A DNA stretch of 57,877 nucleotides, counting the filler, from Sphacelaria rigidula (Eukaryota): NCBI GenBank assembly GCA_964200075.2. It is 3 parts of 3 records of this genome, joined end to end, with 100 filler letters (N's around TTAATTAATTAA, not from the genome) between each part and the next. Parts side by side here need not be neighbours in the genome. Positions count along the whole stretch, not along the records: positions 38,654 to 57,877 come from CAXNAA020000708.1; 2 more parts are not named here. One strand, written 5' to 3'. Shown in pieces: positions 46,701-57,877 of the stretch; the stretch's first letter is position 1; each line of letters begins with the position of its first letter. A program made the translations under genes and the position numbers. The notes under the pieces are model-generated. The model did no database searches. It was not told where the DNA came from and saw only the letters and a list, made by a program, of their open reading frames with translations.

Positions 46701-49700
46701 TACCCGACGAAAATGGCCCAGCAAAAGAGTTCGTGCACTCATCATGGCTTAAAACTGACCAAGGGTTTTCTTGTTCCATACAAATGCTCAATATCCATGT
46801 GTTCATGCAAATAGGCGGGCTGTGATCCTCGAAAAACAGTACTTCAATATCAAAATCAAGTTCGCTACGGGCGATTGTGGGCGATCTGGGCGGGGGCGGG
46901 GGGGGGGTGTCGCTGTCCAGGGGTTAAATAAGATCACTCAGTCTCCACTTGACCTCTCGAGAATCAGGTGCCTCGGACCAGCGGTTCTCACACTTCGGAA
47001 CCCACGTCGGAACGCTTGCTCGCGCCCTTTCCTTCTTCCCGCCGGAATCTACTCAGCTGCTAGCTATAGGGTGGATGGACGGACAGGTTTCAGCGTGGAG
47101 TGTGATGGAGACTCTGCAGGATAACGCATCCTCGTGCACGTGCTCTAACCAGGGCGTGCACAAGCAACCCATCACTGTTATGCTATGGAACCCATCGGGC
47201 ACACGACTCATCACGGGCGACAAGGTATAGGATCGCATTTTAACCGGTGGCAATAGTTTTCGTCACCTGGTGAAGCTTTCGAAAACATAGGGCTCTCTGC
47301 GAGGAATGCAGTAGTCGCTTGTGTCTGTAGGATGTCAACGCGGCACGATGTGTGCAATTTGACGGCCACTGTCGTGTGCGATCATATCTACTAGCTGCCT
47401 AAGCATGAAACTTTATGACATTTGCTTTGGAATGCCTGAGAAACGCAAGCTGCTGTCAGCGGGTTACCGTCAGGCATTACAATGACAGAATGACCAGGTA
47501 GCCTACAAGTTCTATCCGGGGTCACAGCGATTTGATTTGCTCGCCTGGTATCTGTCACTGGACATACTAGCATATTGAACAAAAAAGACAAACATTACCA
47601 TATCAGTAGATGACACACACATAAAGACGCGTTGGTTTCACGCAGACCCAAGGTCGCCACGGGAGCATACCCGGAGCGCCTCGCTCGCGGCGCGAGGGAA
47701 GTCTCGATGTCCCTACATATTAGAAAGAGCTGCTTCGCTGAAAACTTATTCTGTATGATCTCTCTCCGCTCTTGATTTCCCCAGGGAGGTGTGGTTTGCG
47801 TGTGGAAGGCCGATGCGAGAGGAAACATGGCGCCCTCGGTTCAATACCGGCGAAAGACAAGTGCTGTGACGGCGGCTGTCTTTTGCGGTGGACCCTCGCA
47901 CTCAGCGGATGCTTTGGCACAGGTAGGTTGGTACGTTGGTATATTGGCGTAACAGAATCTCACCCTCCTCTTCTGAGTGTCCTGTCACATTGCCGAGCGC
48001 ATCCACTTGAAGTTTCCCCTAACATCGTCGTTTGGATGATCCGTTGAGATGCTCGCGAGCTAGAACCAATTCCTGTGCTAGTCCACTTTGTACGCGTTTG
48101 GGTCCAAATCATTATACAATGACGTGACCGCGGTGTGAACATGCCACGGGTGTGCCGTGGCTATTGGAGGTGGATGTGGAGGCTAGTACCCCCACCGTTT
48201 CCCCATTGCAGACGTTACTGGTTACTACGGAGATGAGATGTCTCCCCATCATCCATGCTACAAAACAATAAAAAGAGACAACCCACTTGTCATGGTGCGG
48301 CAGTGACGACTCAGGTACGGTATAATCAGCCCTGCGTCCTCTAATGTATCCAAAACACGGTCACGACACGATGTCACACCGTCGTGTGGTATGTTAATTT
48401 GCAATCGGTTAAACAACGACAAGTATATTTTGGTGATCTAACCTTCTGCACGCGGCTGCTTGCAAAATTCTCAACCTGGGCATTGGCGCGGTACCGACCA
48501 TAGGCATTTTCTCCTTCCTTTTTCTTTGGGACGGAAGCCGGGGCCGTGTCCTACGCCGATGACTTAGGTCATTGTTCAGAGGTCCAGCAACTCACATCCG
48601 CCGTCGATAGGCTCGTGTTCTACGAGGCAGTGCGTCGCCTAGTCATCATCACGCGATCCCTGCTCATGACTCAGCTCCAGGTAAGCGAGCGCGACTAACG
48701 TATCGCGGGTGCCCCTTGCTATGGTCGCCTCGCCGGTATCCGATTGCCCTCAAGCGTTTCCCCTTCATCTGATGATGGCGACATCTTTCTTATCAAAGGT
48801 CTAATAATTTCCTGGTTCCATGAGATGATTCAGGTGCGCAAATCCCCGGCGCATTTTCTGGACTCTGTTATTTCCTGCGTGCGTACCCCCGCTTGCTGCT
48901 GACGGTATAGGCGCGCTTAGTATGCCCAGCATCGTCATGTATTTCATCTGTGTGAGGCCTCATAGCATGGTGATCCTCATACATACGAAACGGACGAGCC
49001 GCATTTGTCCCCATGTCTTTGTAGTTTGTCTTCTCGACTGGGTAGGAATGCGTGTGCTGCTGCGGGAGACCTTGTCCACCTGAAGCCATGCTACAGAGGT
49101 TGACCATTTCTGCCTTTCTCGTCATTGTTTTTTATTAGTCTACTCTTTGTATCTGTTTTACCTTTTTGTTTTCTTCAATGTCCTGCAGCGAGTGTTTGAG
49201 TTAATTTCTCGGGTTTGTCTCTCATGTTGATAATGACCAGAGCTAGATCCCTGGAGGATCTGTTGATATGCGACGACCAGTCAATCAAACCACAACCAAC
49301 GAGGCAACGTATTCCCTGCAGCATTTTTCAGAGCTACCCGTAGCGTTTTCTCTCTCCGACACCCACGTAGGCATCAACGATCCTGCTCGTTTTTGCTTTG
49401 TTCCGTCGTCAAAGCAGGTTGGGGAGGACGGGCGTGTCTCTCAGTTCATGAAAGTCAAGCTGTCGGTGTCTGCCTCGTCCGTTCGCGAATCTGGATTACG
49501 TGAGGTAAGAATAGCGGTGGTGGTATGACACAAAATACACAACCTCGGGGCGCGGGAATGAGCTAATGTGCACCGGCGACAACTGATCAAGGCTAGCCCA
49601 CAGCAAACTCTGGGCCCCAGTCAACACAAGCATGAACGGTGCAGTGCATCGTACCCTCGTTACAGTTCATTGCGGGTAGTTGGAAATATGTGCACCCCAC

Positions 49701-52700
49701 CCTCACATCCCGGCATACGTCAGCACTCGATAAAATCGAAGCAAATAGCATAAAACACAACGCAACCCTTCCTTCTCAGGTGACTTGGGCGGGTCCGGGC
49801 CTCTTGGCCGCGGCTACCGGTGAGGGGTTAGTTCGCTTCTGGGATCTCTCCTCGGATAAAAACTACGTCCTCACGCTCCAGTCTGGGGGGTTAGATCGGG
49901 TTGACAAATCTTCCTGCATCAGTTTCGATCCTATGCGAAGGTGAAATGAGGACAGCATAAGACGTTTGTGAAGTCATGTTGGGAGCGGGTGCAGCACTGT
50001 GAGTTTTTGTTTGGAGCGTGTAGGGGCTGTTGCGCCGGCGTTACAACGATCGCAGAGCTGTAATCGTGCCACTGCGCACAGTAGAAACCGAACGTGTGCG
50101 ACGTCCGTAGGCGTCTTCTGTTGCAGTATCTTCTAACTGCGAAACGCGTGTTTCTCCGGCGGTGGGCACGATCATTTGAGATTTCGGGTTAGTCGATACC
50201 GTTGTCAAAAAGAAGGGGGTGTCCGTACACGCTGTGCGTTTGCGTGTCAAAAGTTTTAAGATGCATTGCATTTCGATAGTACACTACACTCAGGTCGCGT
50301 GCAGTATGTATCCGAGATTAAATGTCTCGTGGGTCACATAAGAGCTGCCAGAACCTTCTTACCGCGAAAGGAGGTGCCCCTCTCTCTGGCTCACTTTTGG
50401 GCGAAGAATTATCAGCGACACACATGGACAGATATATAGAGAGACAAACAGCCGGGAACAGCCATCCAGAGAATAGAACTAACACCACGTTTGCCGCGCA
50501 GGTACCTCGCTGTGGGCTCAACGTTTGGTTGTGTGGCGATCTGGAAGTATGTCGGGGCGTACGACACGGGAAGCGATGCACCGGACGTGAAGGTCAACTC
50601 TACGTCACCTACTTCGCCCAAGTCAAGCACGGTTGCGTCAGATACAGCAGGAGGCGTGTTAGTGTGTTTGGCATGACATGGGCAAGGTCAACCCACTAGA
50701 CTTCGGAAGTTGAAGTACCATGCGCTTTGATCTGCCGTAGCACCGTGTCGATTGTACCGTATTGACTGGAGCAATCCTCCGTCAGACGCTGTCTATCCTT
50801 CTCATACCCAAACGAATTCATGCATCACCGTCAAGAACATAAAACCGCCGCGCGATCATTCAGTTGATATGCTTTCAAAATCCATCTGTCAGGGAAATTC
50901 AAACACGACAGAAAGTAGTTGAAATGTCTAGTAGATCCCAACATGTCACGTCAACCTCCATCACATTTTCTCCTCTCTGATTTAATATTTGTTCAGGGCA
51001 AAGGGCGAACGCTGCCACTCGCAAAACGTCCAACATCTCCCGGAGATTCAGGTGGTCCTAACGACTGGAAGGCACTAGCGCCGACCACGCTGGACAGTGT
51101 ACCCATCGGAATGCTACGTTGGGGTGCGGCAGGCGGTGTGCTTGGGGTTTTCAGTCGGGGCATGGCAGACGGAGCGCACGTGCTCGCAGAAACTGTGTTG
51201 CATCGGCACATCAGGTGCTACGAGGAGGAGTAGTGGCATTGCAGGAACATTGTTTCGACATAGAATGTGCTTTTCTGACGTATGCTCCAGGTTACGAAAG
51301 ACAACTATTCGTTGGGCTAGTGAGGCCTACCGCAGGGTTTGCTGTGCTCATACTGATGAGCGTCTCCGGTAGATTGGTGATCACCGCCTGCGTTCAATCA
51401 GCACTGAACCTTACAGCTTGGACGTATTGACGTGTATCGTGGCGCGGAATTCTCCACGCACACCCTGCACAAACCGTGAAAACTTGTGGACTACGGAGGC
51501 GAACAGCCCCATCGCGATGGTGGTGTCGCCGGTTGATGGCGATATTCGTTCGCCGACGGGATGCAGGTTAACATTATGTGGATTGTTGGGGGGACACGGC
51601 TCAACCAACAGTCCAACCGATAGCCGCCTCGACAAGTTTTTCTCGGGATTAATATTGTTCGCGAAAACGTTGTACGTGCAGCGGTAATGTGGCGGTGATC
51701 CAGCTGACGAGCGACACGCTTAGAATCGAGTATCAGCGGAAAGTTGGGAGCAGTGGCCTTGACGCGGAGTTAACTGGAGGAGGTGGCAACGGGGTGGATT
51801 CTTCGCTCGAGGGAGAGCAAGTGGTACGGTGCGACATCAGCATCAAGGGGTTTCACTTGCAGGTAGATCAATCTACGAGGTGTGGGGATCCAACACGATT
51901 CTGAGGGGCTGTTCTTCCCACGCTGTTGAAAAAGCACGTTCTGATGACGTCTCATCCGCAGTTGACGTCCTTACATGCCTCAGTGGAGACAGCTTACCTA
52001 TACATGAGAGGGGTTCAAAAGCAGCTGTAAGTTCTGCCAATATTTCCTTCTTCTACTCTCGTATTCGATAATGTTTCACCAGAAAACGGCATGCGCCTCG
52101 AGGCACCAGAGCACGACAATGCCCTCGTGTTTCCGTGGATAAAACTTCCACTTTAACGTTCGAGGTTCGCATCAATGCCAACAATGACGCTTCCTTTGTA
52201 ACGAACCATGATTCTAGGTACAGTAATCAGTAACCGGAGTAGCCTGAGGTAGGGGGGTGATGAGAGGGTAGCGATCGATCTCTTTTGGTAATCTTCGAAC
52301 CTCGCCGATCGTCGTAACCCCGAGTCGATAGTCCTGAGCGACGTGTCGGGACGCGCGTGCTCTACTCTAACCTGCTGCTGCAAACGCGCGGTTTCAATTA
52401 TTTGGCGCGGGTCGAAGAGGTTGTCCACTTGTGAGCCGACAGCGGAGGTTTGCACGGAGGACTTTTTCCCTCTCGCAAACACTTATCGAGTTGGGTGGTA
52501 TCCAAATGGCATGAAGTATCTATTGTTTTCGCGTGGTCTGGCGTGCCAACTGATATTATGCACCCAAGTGCATCAGAATCCCTCCCCCCCCCTCATCAAC
52601 ATCCTCTCCTCCCCCCCGCCCACATGCGACGCATTGCTTCTGTTTTGGGCTGTGCTTCAACTGGTTTTGACTGCTATCGTGCACGCCCTTTTTCGGTGTC

Positions 52701-55700
52701 CAGGGAGAGGCCCTCCTTGTGCACAACAGCAAGCAGGCACAGGTGCGTGGCGTCACCATGTCGAAGGGCTAGTTTCAGGCAATCGCGGGTTTCCGTTGGC
52801 ACTTTCGAAGGCACCTAGGGGCAGAGACGAGGACACAAGACTAGAATAAGGGTCGGCGTCGTTTGTTTTGACCGTTGCAATGATGTTTTTAGAATATGCG
52901 ATTACATCAAATAACACTATTCTGGGGGATACTCTGAACAGCATTTACGCTTTCGGGCTACGACTAGGTTCGCAAGCTGTCGTTTCCCCCCCTGTTTTTC
53001 ACGTGGTATTGGAGAGTGGTGGGGACCAAAGCAAAAGCCGAAGAAACGTCATGTCGCCTTCCCGCATATTGTTACAAGTAGCCTTGCCGCTCTTTTCGCA
53101 GGATTATTCCAACCTTTGTTAGGGGAAGGTTAAGCACTACTCAGACTTGCCAGTCAACACGTACGAATTGTCTCTGCGGTTAGTGTCAAGATTTTTTTTG
53201 TCGACTTCTGTGTAAAAACACGTTGCGCAGTTGATTCAGCTTCGAGGGCCGGGTCTATCCCCGCACAAAGGCGCAGCGTGGCCATGTGCGGCGCGATCAG
53301 TAGCGGTTGACGACACGAGAGATCAGGCCTTCGTGGCTTCGGCTTCGGCTTCGCGGGTGGACATATTCAACCTCAAGGTATGCAATGCCGAGTCCTAGCT
53401 AGCCGACAAAGAGACTAATAGCGCATCAAGCATGCCCAGAGTTTCCTCCGATATTCACGACGCACATGTCGATATTCGGATGAGCGGCCCTTGCAAATGT
53501 TTGTATTGGAAATAATGACTATATCAGGCTTGGGAACCCGTAGCTTCGAAGGATGGACGATTGACATAGGGAGGTTCTGAATCAACCCATCTTTGTTCGG
53601 GTTGCCGATTATATGGGGAAGCGCCAGCATTTCTGGCGTCCTAGGTCACTTGATTTAATTGGGCCAGCGAATCGATATAAGGGCGGGAAAAGAAGCACGA
53701 TGTCATCAACCAATTCCCCGCGGAAGGCGAAGAAATGCGTAATCAACAAAACTCCCTGCTATTGTCGATGCATTCTTTGCTCTACCGAACGGGCGTGCAG
53801 CTCTCCGCCGACTGCTGCATGCCCCGGAATATGGTTTGCGTCATTTTGACCAGATGAAGAGACAGAAAAACACCCGGCAAGTGCTCGATAAGATCAGAAA
53901 ATGCCACCAGTCTTGCGAGAAGTATTCCTACTGAGTATGTGGGGATCTGGCAACGTATGTCAATCGATCAATCTATCAGTCAGTCAAGACCCAATCAATC
54001 GATATAGTTTGCCTAATATTTAGTGCCGATTCCGTGCTCACTCGGTATCAACGTTGATTTCTCGTGCAACGTCTCAGGGAGGGTTCAAGAGTTCCTTAAC
54101 ATTCTCGGAAACGGAGGGAAGCCCTATCCTCGTGTCCCTGTGCTGCTCGTTTTTAGCAGTGGCCACTGACAAGGGGTCCATCAAGTTATACGACGTGTCT
54201 AAACGGTCGAAAGCGGACACGTCAACCTTGCCAGTGAGTTATGGATGGTGTACATGGATGGTGTACATGACAAAGTCCAATCCCGTCGTATAGTGAAGTT
54301 TTCGACCTCCATTTGACACTTCCTACGATAGCCCACCCCAAAAACGTGCCTGGTTTGGGGAGGCAAAATGTTCACGTAAATCGAAGTGGAAAAAGCCGAG
54401 CACAGCGAGCAGCTGGGAGTTCCCACGCTTGGGTTCGTTCTCGCCACTGTCGCCCGTATGAGGTGCTTCATGCAGCCTGAACCCAACATCAGGCGCTGTA
54501 TGACCATTTTTTTCGTGACGCTTTTCGGCTGTTTTTTTGGGGGGGGTATCGTTGAAAGTGTCATTTTGTGTTCTACAGCGGCCGCAGCCGCTCCGATGAA
54601 ATCAGCGTCGTCGGCAATGTACCGCCGGAAAGTGTAAGGGCCGTGGCAGCACCGTGCCGGCAGTGTAAGTTCTTTTATCGCTCTCGGAAACTTGAGTGCA
54701 CAAACTTCTATCGCCCGAGGGGTGTTGCCCCCCGTCATCTCCGTGCACTGTACGATAATCGTGAAAATATATGTTTAGCCCAGTTGTTGACACAGAGTCT
54801 CCTATTATTACTCGATACTGAACGCGTCGATCACTTTCGACATTACCCCGGTGGACGATTCAAGTCAAAAACGTAATGCGGTTGTGTCCCTTTGCGATTC
54901 CCCGTGCATATACTTCGTATATGTACAAATATTTTTGTAGAAGTACGGTAGTTTCGCGGGTGATTCGAATTGTTGTATTTTTTCACTTTCGGTGGGTCGG
55001 TCGGCAGACACCCTGCGTACATTTCATTCGTACAGCACAAATAAATGTAGGCGCTCACACAGGTGATGTTCGTCAAAACGGGTGCATGTCATCGGTAGGG
55101 TATATAGAGGTACGAAACGTTGTACGTGGTATAAATAGGTAATTGGTATGGAGTCAGGGGGGGGGGGGTGCATAGGGTCTGAGACACAGGCGTTCCGAAC
55201 CGTTTCAAGTATCTGAACACAGCACAGTCACCCGTCGGGGACGCAGCGTTGTGCACCTGCTACAATCCCCTCACATGACTGCTGGTGAGCGAGTGGCCAC
55301 CAGCTCACGACGAAAATCACATGTACTTTTATGCCATGTCGGGCTCGGTCCTTAGTTTCCAAGTATCGCGTGAAAGGTGTGAAAATTGATATGAGGTGTG
55401 TCATCTGTCGGCAACCCCTCGCATGTGACAGATCTTCGTCTGCACGTAAAGGGTAGACCACGACAATAAAGACGCGTTTTGTCGAGATTTTGGACGGAAG
55501 GGGAACCTCAAAGCTCGCGCAATCGGCCGTCAGACCCGTTCAGATTGACATGTTTTGTGATTCCTTTGCCGTTGCTGTCGTCCTGCCGTTTCATGGCGTC
55601 TTACTGAAGGTGCGACCACTAGGGACGACGGGAGCGTTCGTTTGCCCCAGTACTGGGAAAAGCCTCGGTGTTATCCGCTCGATTAGGTGTAACGCCGACG

Positions 55701-57288
55701 GAACCCGCGTGTCCATCCTGAGCGACAAGGTCCACGGCCAGGTAAGGAGAAGGGCCATTACTAACGGGGCTGTTTTTCATCAGACTTTTCAGACTTTTTC
55801 GGAAAACAGAACTTCCTTCCCGAAAAACGTGACAGCAGATTTCTCAACCACGTCAAGGAACAGGACTGTTTGAAACGGACTACATTATATTACACGGAAA
55901 AGTTAACGCGGTGTGTTTTTCGCAAAGTTTGTTTTTTGAGAAGTCCAAAATTCTCCGAAAATAGACGAGAAGTATGAAAAACAAAACGCGTTATTAACGG
56001 CCCTGAGTCACCGCGCCCACGCTCTGGCAGAAGTACAATCATGTGCGCTTAAAAAAAAGTACATCGGCTACAATTTGAAAAAACTACCAAGGAAAACATT
56101 CACACATCTGACAGCTCATGAGCTACCTGGATTTTACTTCTTACTAGAGTACTGATCCGGATCATGAGCTAGCTCATTTGGCCACTATTTCGGTATTAGC
56201 TTCCGACAGCGATGGACGCCGAGCACGCGGTGTAGCGGGAAGGTAACGCTTTGGCTTCTCGGACACTGCCGTTACGTGCTTTGTGTTTTTGTACAATGGA
56301 TCTGAGAGTTCTCTTCGATTTGCTATTTTAGGTAGCTCATGAGCTGTCCGACGTGTGCAAACATTAAAACACACTCCAAGAAGGTAACGCCTGACTCTCT
56401 CGTGTAGTATTGCAAGCTAACGTACAAGTATCACTGCTTGACCGACAAGTTGAATTGTGAAGATCGGCGAGTTTTTGTGCATACGCACTCTCTTGGCGAA
56501 ACGATATGCAAGGGGAGCTCCGACCTCAATGGTCTCCGCGAGGGGACTGATGCCCACTCTTTCAAGAACGTTTGCTAACATATCATACGGTTTTCGAGCT
56601 GATCGCTCTTGTACGCGATCGTAGGGGTGCACGTCAAGCGTATGTGGGATAGCTGAGAACCCGCGTGAGGTGCTGTACGTGTTTGAGACGAAGCCCGCCC
56701 ACAGCACAAGTAACAACGGTAACAGCGCAAACTACCAACACAAGCATCGCAGAACGTGTGCTCGCTTTTTATTTTCCAGCCTCGTCTAGAATCGATGGAA
56801 CATGCGTAAGAGAGTGGCGCATATGCGATGAGACGGTTACAGTGACTAATTACTTTACAAGCACAGGAATCACGCAGCAGATTGCCCCTTCCCGCGCCCG
56901 GTATTCTGGGTTCATTAATGCGGCCGGATGCACTATTTCCTCAGTCGCTGCGATGTGGCCGGTGTATAAAAAGTTGTGCGTCATCGCAACACCAGAAAAT
57001 TGACCACGCCGAAAATAAATTAACTCCCAACGAGCATCGCAAATACCTGCTTCACACTGTAGAGTTATCAGAATGGAATAACACGAATGTGTCTCCCCCC
57101 CTCTCCTCCCGTCCACGCTTTGAACCTGCCATGTTTTCGCGATCTCAAACCAACTCCAACGGAAGACTTTGAAGATCAGGTCTCCCGATAGCCGCATCTA
57201 CGTGTACGGTTCTGACAAAGATTCCGTGGAAAGCTACGATTGGGGCCCTCAGGGACGGGTTCCTACAGCACACTTCTGGGATCCGGAG
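42991..57288 (+). CDS. IFT140: Intraflagellar transport protein 140 (IFT-A, WD40 N-terminal half); 15 exons, 3' part beyond the window end
   Basis: GT-AG exons join in frame into ~696 aa colinear with IFT140 as I recall it: LLAIGWMDG, ITVMLWNPSGTRLITGD, MKVKLS, ATGEGLVRFWDL..NYVL, LTFSETEGSP, SIRCNADGTRVSIL, SPDSRI, VPTAHFWDPE. Confidence 0.92.
43732..43770. repeat. (CA)n microsatellite in IFT140 intron 1
   Basis: Direct reading. Confidence 0.9.
44031..44413. mobile_element. Foldback MITE in IFT140 intron 1
   Basis: Ends AAACAGCCGATC / GATCGGCTGTTT; internal arms TTCGAAATATGGTTCCATTCCTTCA / TGAAGGAATGGAACCATATTTCGAA. Confidence 0.8.
44667..44747 (+). CDS. IFT140: IFT140 exon 2
   Basis: CAG| GAEVAAASVVRDNRQGASVMDWSPRGR |GTGAGC; phase 0/0. 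Confidence 0.82.
45690..45746. repeat. 22-bp tandem repeat, ~2.6 copies
   Basis: (G/A)TGAACACTTCCGTTCAGTA(C/T)C repeated. Confidence 0.8.
45995..46050 (+). repeat. Interspersed repeat (second copy at 57822-57877, contig end)
   Basis: GCGTACTC.TTTGTTGCTTGCCTT.GTCATTTGACCATTGACCAC.CATCCCTT is present in both. Confidence 0.8.
47057..47224 (+). CDS. IFT140: IFT140 exon 3
   Basis: CAG| LLAIGWMDGQVSAW...HKQPITVMLWNPSGTRLITGDK |GTATAG. Confidence 0.9.
47785..47922 (+). CDS. IFT140: IFT140 exon 4
   Basis: CAG| GGVVCVWKADARGNMAPSVQYRRKTSAVTAAVFC...ALAQ |GTAGGT. Confidence 0.88.
48504..48680 (+). CDS. IFT140: IFT140 exon 5
   Basis: TAG| AFSPSFFFGTEAGAVSYADDLGHCSEVQQLTSAVDRLVFYEAVRRLVIITRSLLMTQLQ |GTAAGC. 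Confidence 0.88.
49418..49504 (+). CDS. IFT140: IFT140 exon 6
   Basis: CAG| VGEDGRVSQFMKVKLSVSASSVRESGLRE |GTAAGA. Confidence 0.9.
49780..49940 (+). CDS. IFT140: IFT140 exon 7
   Basis: CAG| VTWAGPGLLAAATGEGLVRFWDLSSDKNYVL...CISFDPMR(R) |GTGAAA; ends in phase 2. Confidence 0.9.
50502..50631 (+). CDS. IFT140: IFT140 exon 8 (3' boundary uncertain)
   Basis: CAG| (R)YLAVGSTFGCVAIWKY..., phase-2 start matches exon 7. In-frame donor candidates lie after 50592 (AAG|GTCAAC) or 50631 (ACG|GTTGCG). Confidence 0.75.
50997..51214 (+). CDS. IFT140: IFT140 exon 9
   Basis: CAG| GKGR...NDWKALAPTTLDSVPIGMLRWGAAGGVLGV...VLAETVLHRHI |GTGCTA; ends in phase 2. Confidence 0.85.
51682..51862 (+). CDS. IFT140: IFT140 exon 10
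   Basis: CAG| (S)GNVAVIQLTSDTLRIEY...VRCDISIKGFHLQ |GTAGAT. Confidence 0.85.
52704..52742 (+). CDS. IFT140: IFT140 exon 11 (39-nt mini-exon)
   Basis: CAG| GEALLVHNSKQAQ |GTGCGT; matches the expected 'AVAVWNGRQV'-type segment. Confidence 0.78.
53231..53377 (+). CDS. IFT140: IFT140 exon 12
   Basis: CAG| LIQLRGPG...WPCAARSVAVDD...SRVDIFNLK |GTATGC. Confidence 0.82.
54078..54233 (+). CDS. IFT140: IFT140 exon 13
   Basis: CAG| GGFKSSLTFSETEGSPILVSLCCSFLAVATDKGSIKLYDVSKR...TLP |GTGAGT. Confidence 0.9.
55610..55741 (+). CDS. IFT140: IFT140 exon 14
   Basis: AAG| VRPLG...LGVIRSIRCNADGTRVSILSDKVHGQ |GTAAGG. Confidence 0.87.
56101..56357. mobile_element. MITE-like element in IFT140 intron 14
   Basis: TIRs CACACATCTGACAGCTCATGAGCTACCT / AGGTAGCTCATGAGCTGTCCGACGTGTG. 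Confidence 0.68.
57166..57288 (+). CDS. IFT140: IFT140 exon 15 (last visible)
   Basis: AAG| TLKIRSPDSRIYVYGSDKDSVESYDWGPQGRVPTAHFWDPE |GTAGTT; the acceptor could alternatively precede 57175. Confidence 0.85.
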
Positions 57289-57877
57289 GTAGTTTGGACA
57301 CACTCAACCAAACATCTTTGAGGCCGTCTACAGCACTGTGTCTTGATTTCGCTGTTGTGGCAAGAGTCCCCGGCGTCGTCGGGACTTTGCCCGCTGTAGT
57401 ATCCAGACTTGGTAATCTGTGGGGTTCAAGCTGTGCTCAAGGATCTTCCCCGCCTTTACGAGGGTCCCTCCTCTTGCGGAAAGGACTTGAACTGCAGGTC
57501 ACATTTTTGCTCTGTTCGCGCTCTGTTGGCAAAGCGGGTAACGGTGCGTATCGCTCGGTGCGCAGTATATATACTCTTTCTAGAGGTACGTCACCAAATA
57601 ATACTAGCAACACGATATATGTTTGTTTCGGCCGCCTTTCTTAATAAGTCAGGCACCGTCTGGAGTTGTTAACAAGATAAGGTTCGTTCCTTTACCTTGT
57701 CTGATGCCTGCTAGTTTCTCCGGGACGGAAGTCAGATCACAAACGTACTTCAGGCATGACACACAAGTCGCACGGGGTCCATGCCCTTCACATTCCCACA
57801 ACACGTGGAGGGGAAGGGGGGGGGCGTACTCATTTGTTGCTTGCCTTAGTCATTTGACCATTGACCACGCATCCCTT

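Noticed and set aside
15274-57288. Functional linkage between the EsV-1-7 gene and IFT140
   Set aside because: They lie on different segments joined by artificial linkers.

Overview
Eukaryotic, intron-rich and repeat-rich genomic DNA, most consistent with a brown alga (inferred from an EsV-1-7 repeat protein and Ectocarpus-like gene structure). The window is not one locus. It is three pieces of 19227, 19226 and 19224 bp joined by 100-bp N-TTAATTAATTAA-N linkers, which looks like size-sorted unplaced contigs. Piece 1 carries a ~981-aa single-ORF protein with 19 tandem 38-aa C-x4-C-x16-C-x2-H (EsV-1-7-type) repeats that vary at a few clustered positions, plus an NLS-like motif and two SUMO-consensus motifs. 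It is the best candidate for a modular, TALE/zinc-finger-like nucleic-acid recognition system. Piece 3 carries the 5' half (15 exons, ~696 codons) of the ciliary gene IFT140. The rest is non-autonomous DNA transposons/MITEs, foldback elements, a tRNA-derived SINE, mini- and microsatellites, and several decayed exon-like relics.
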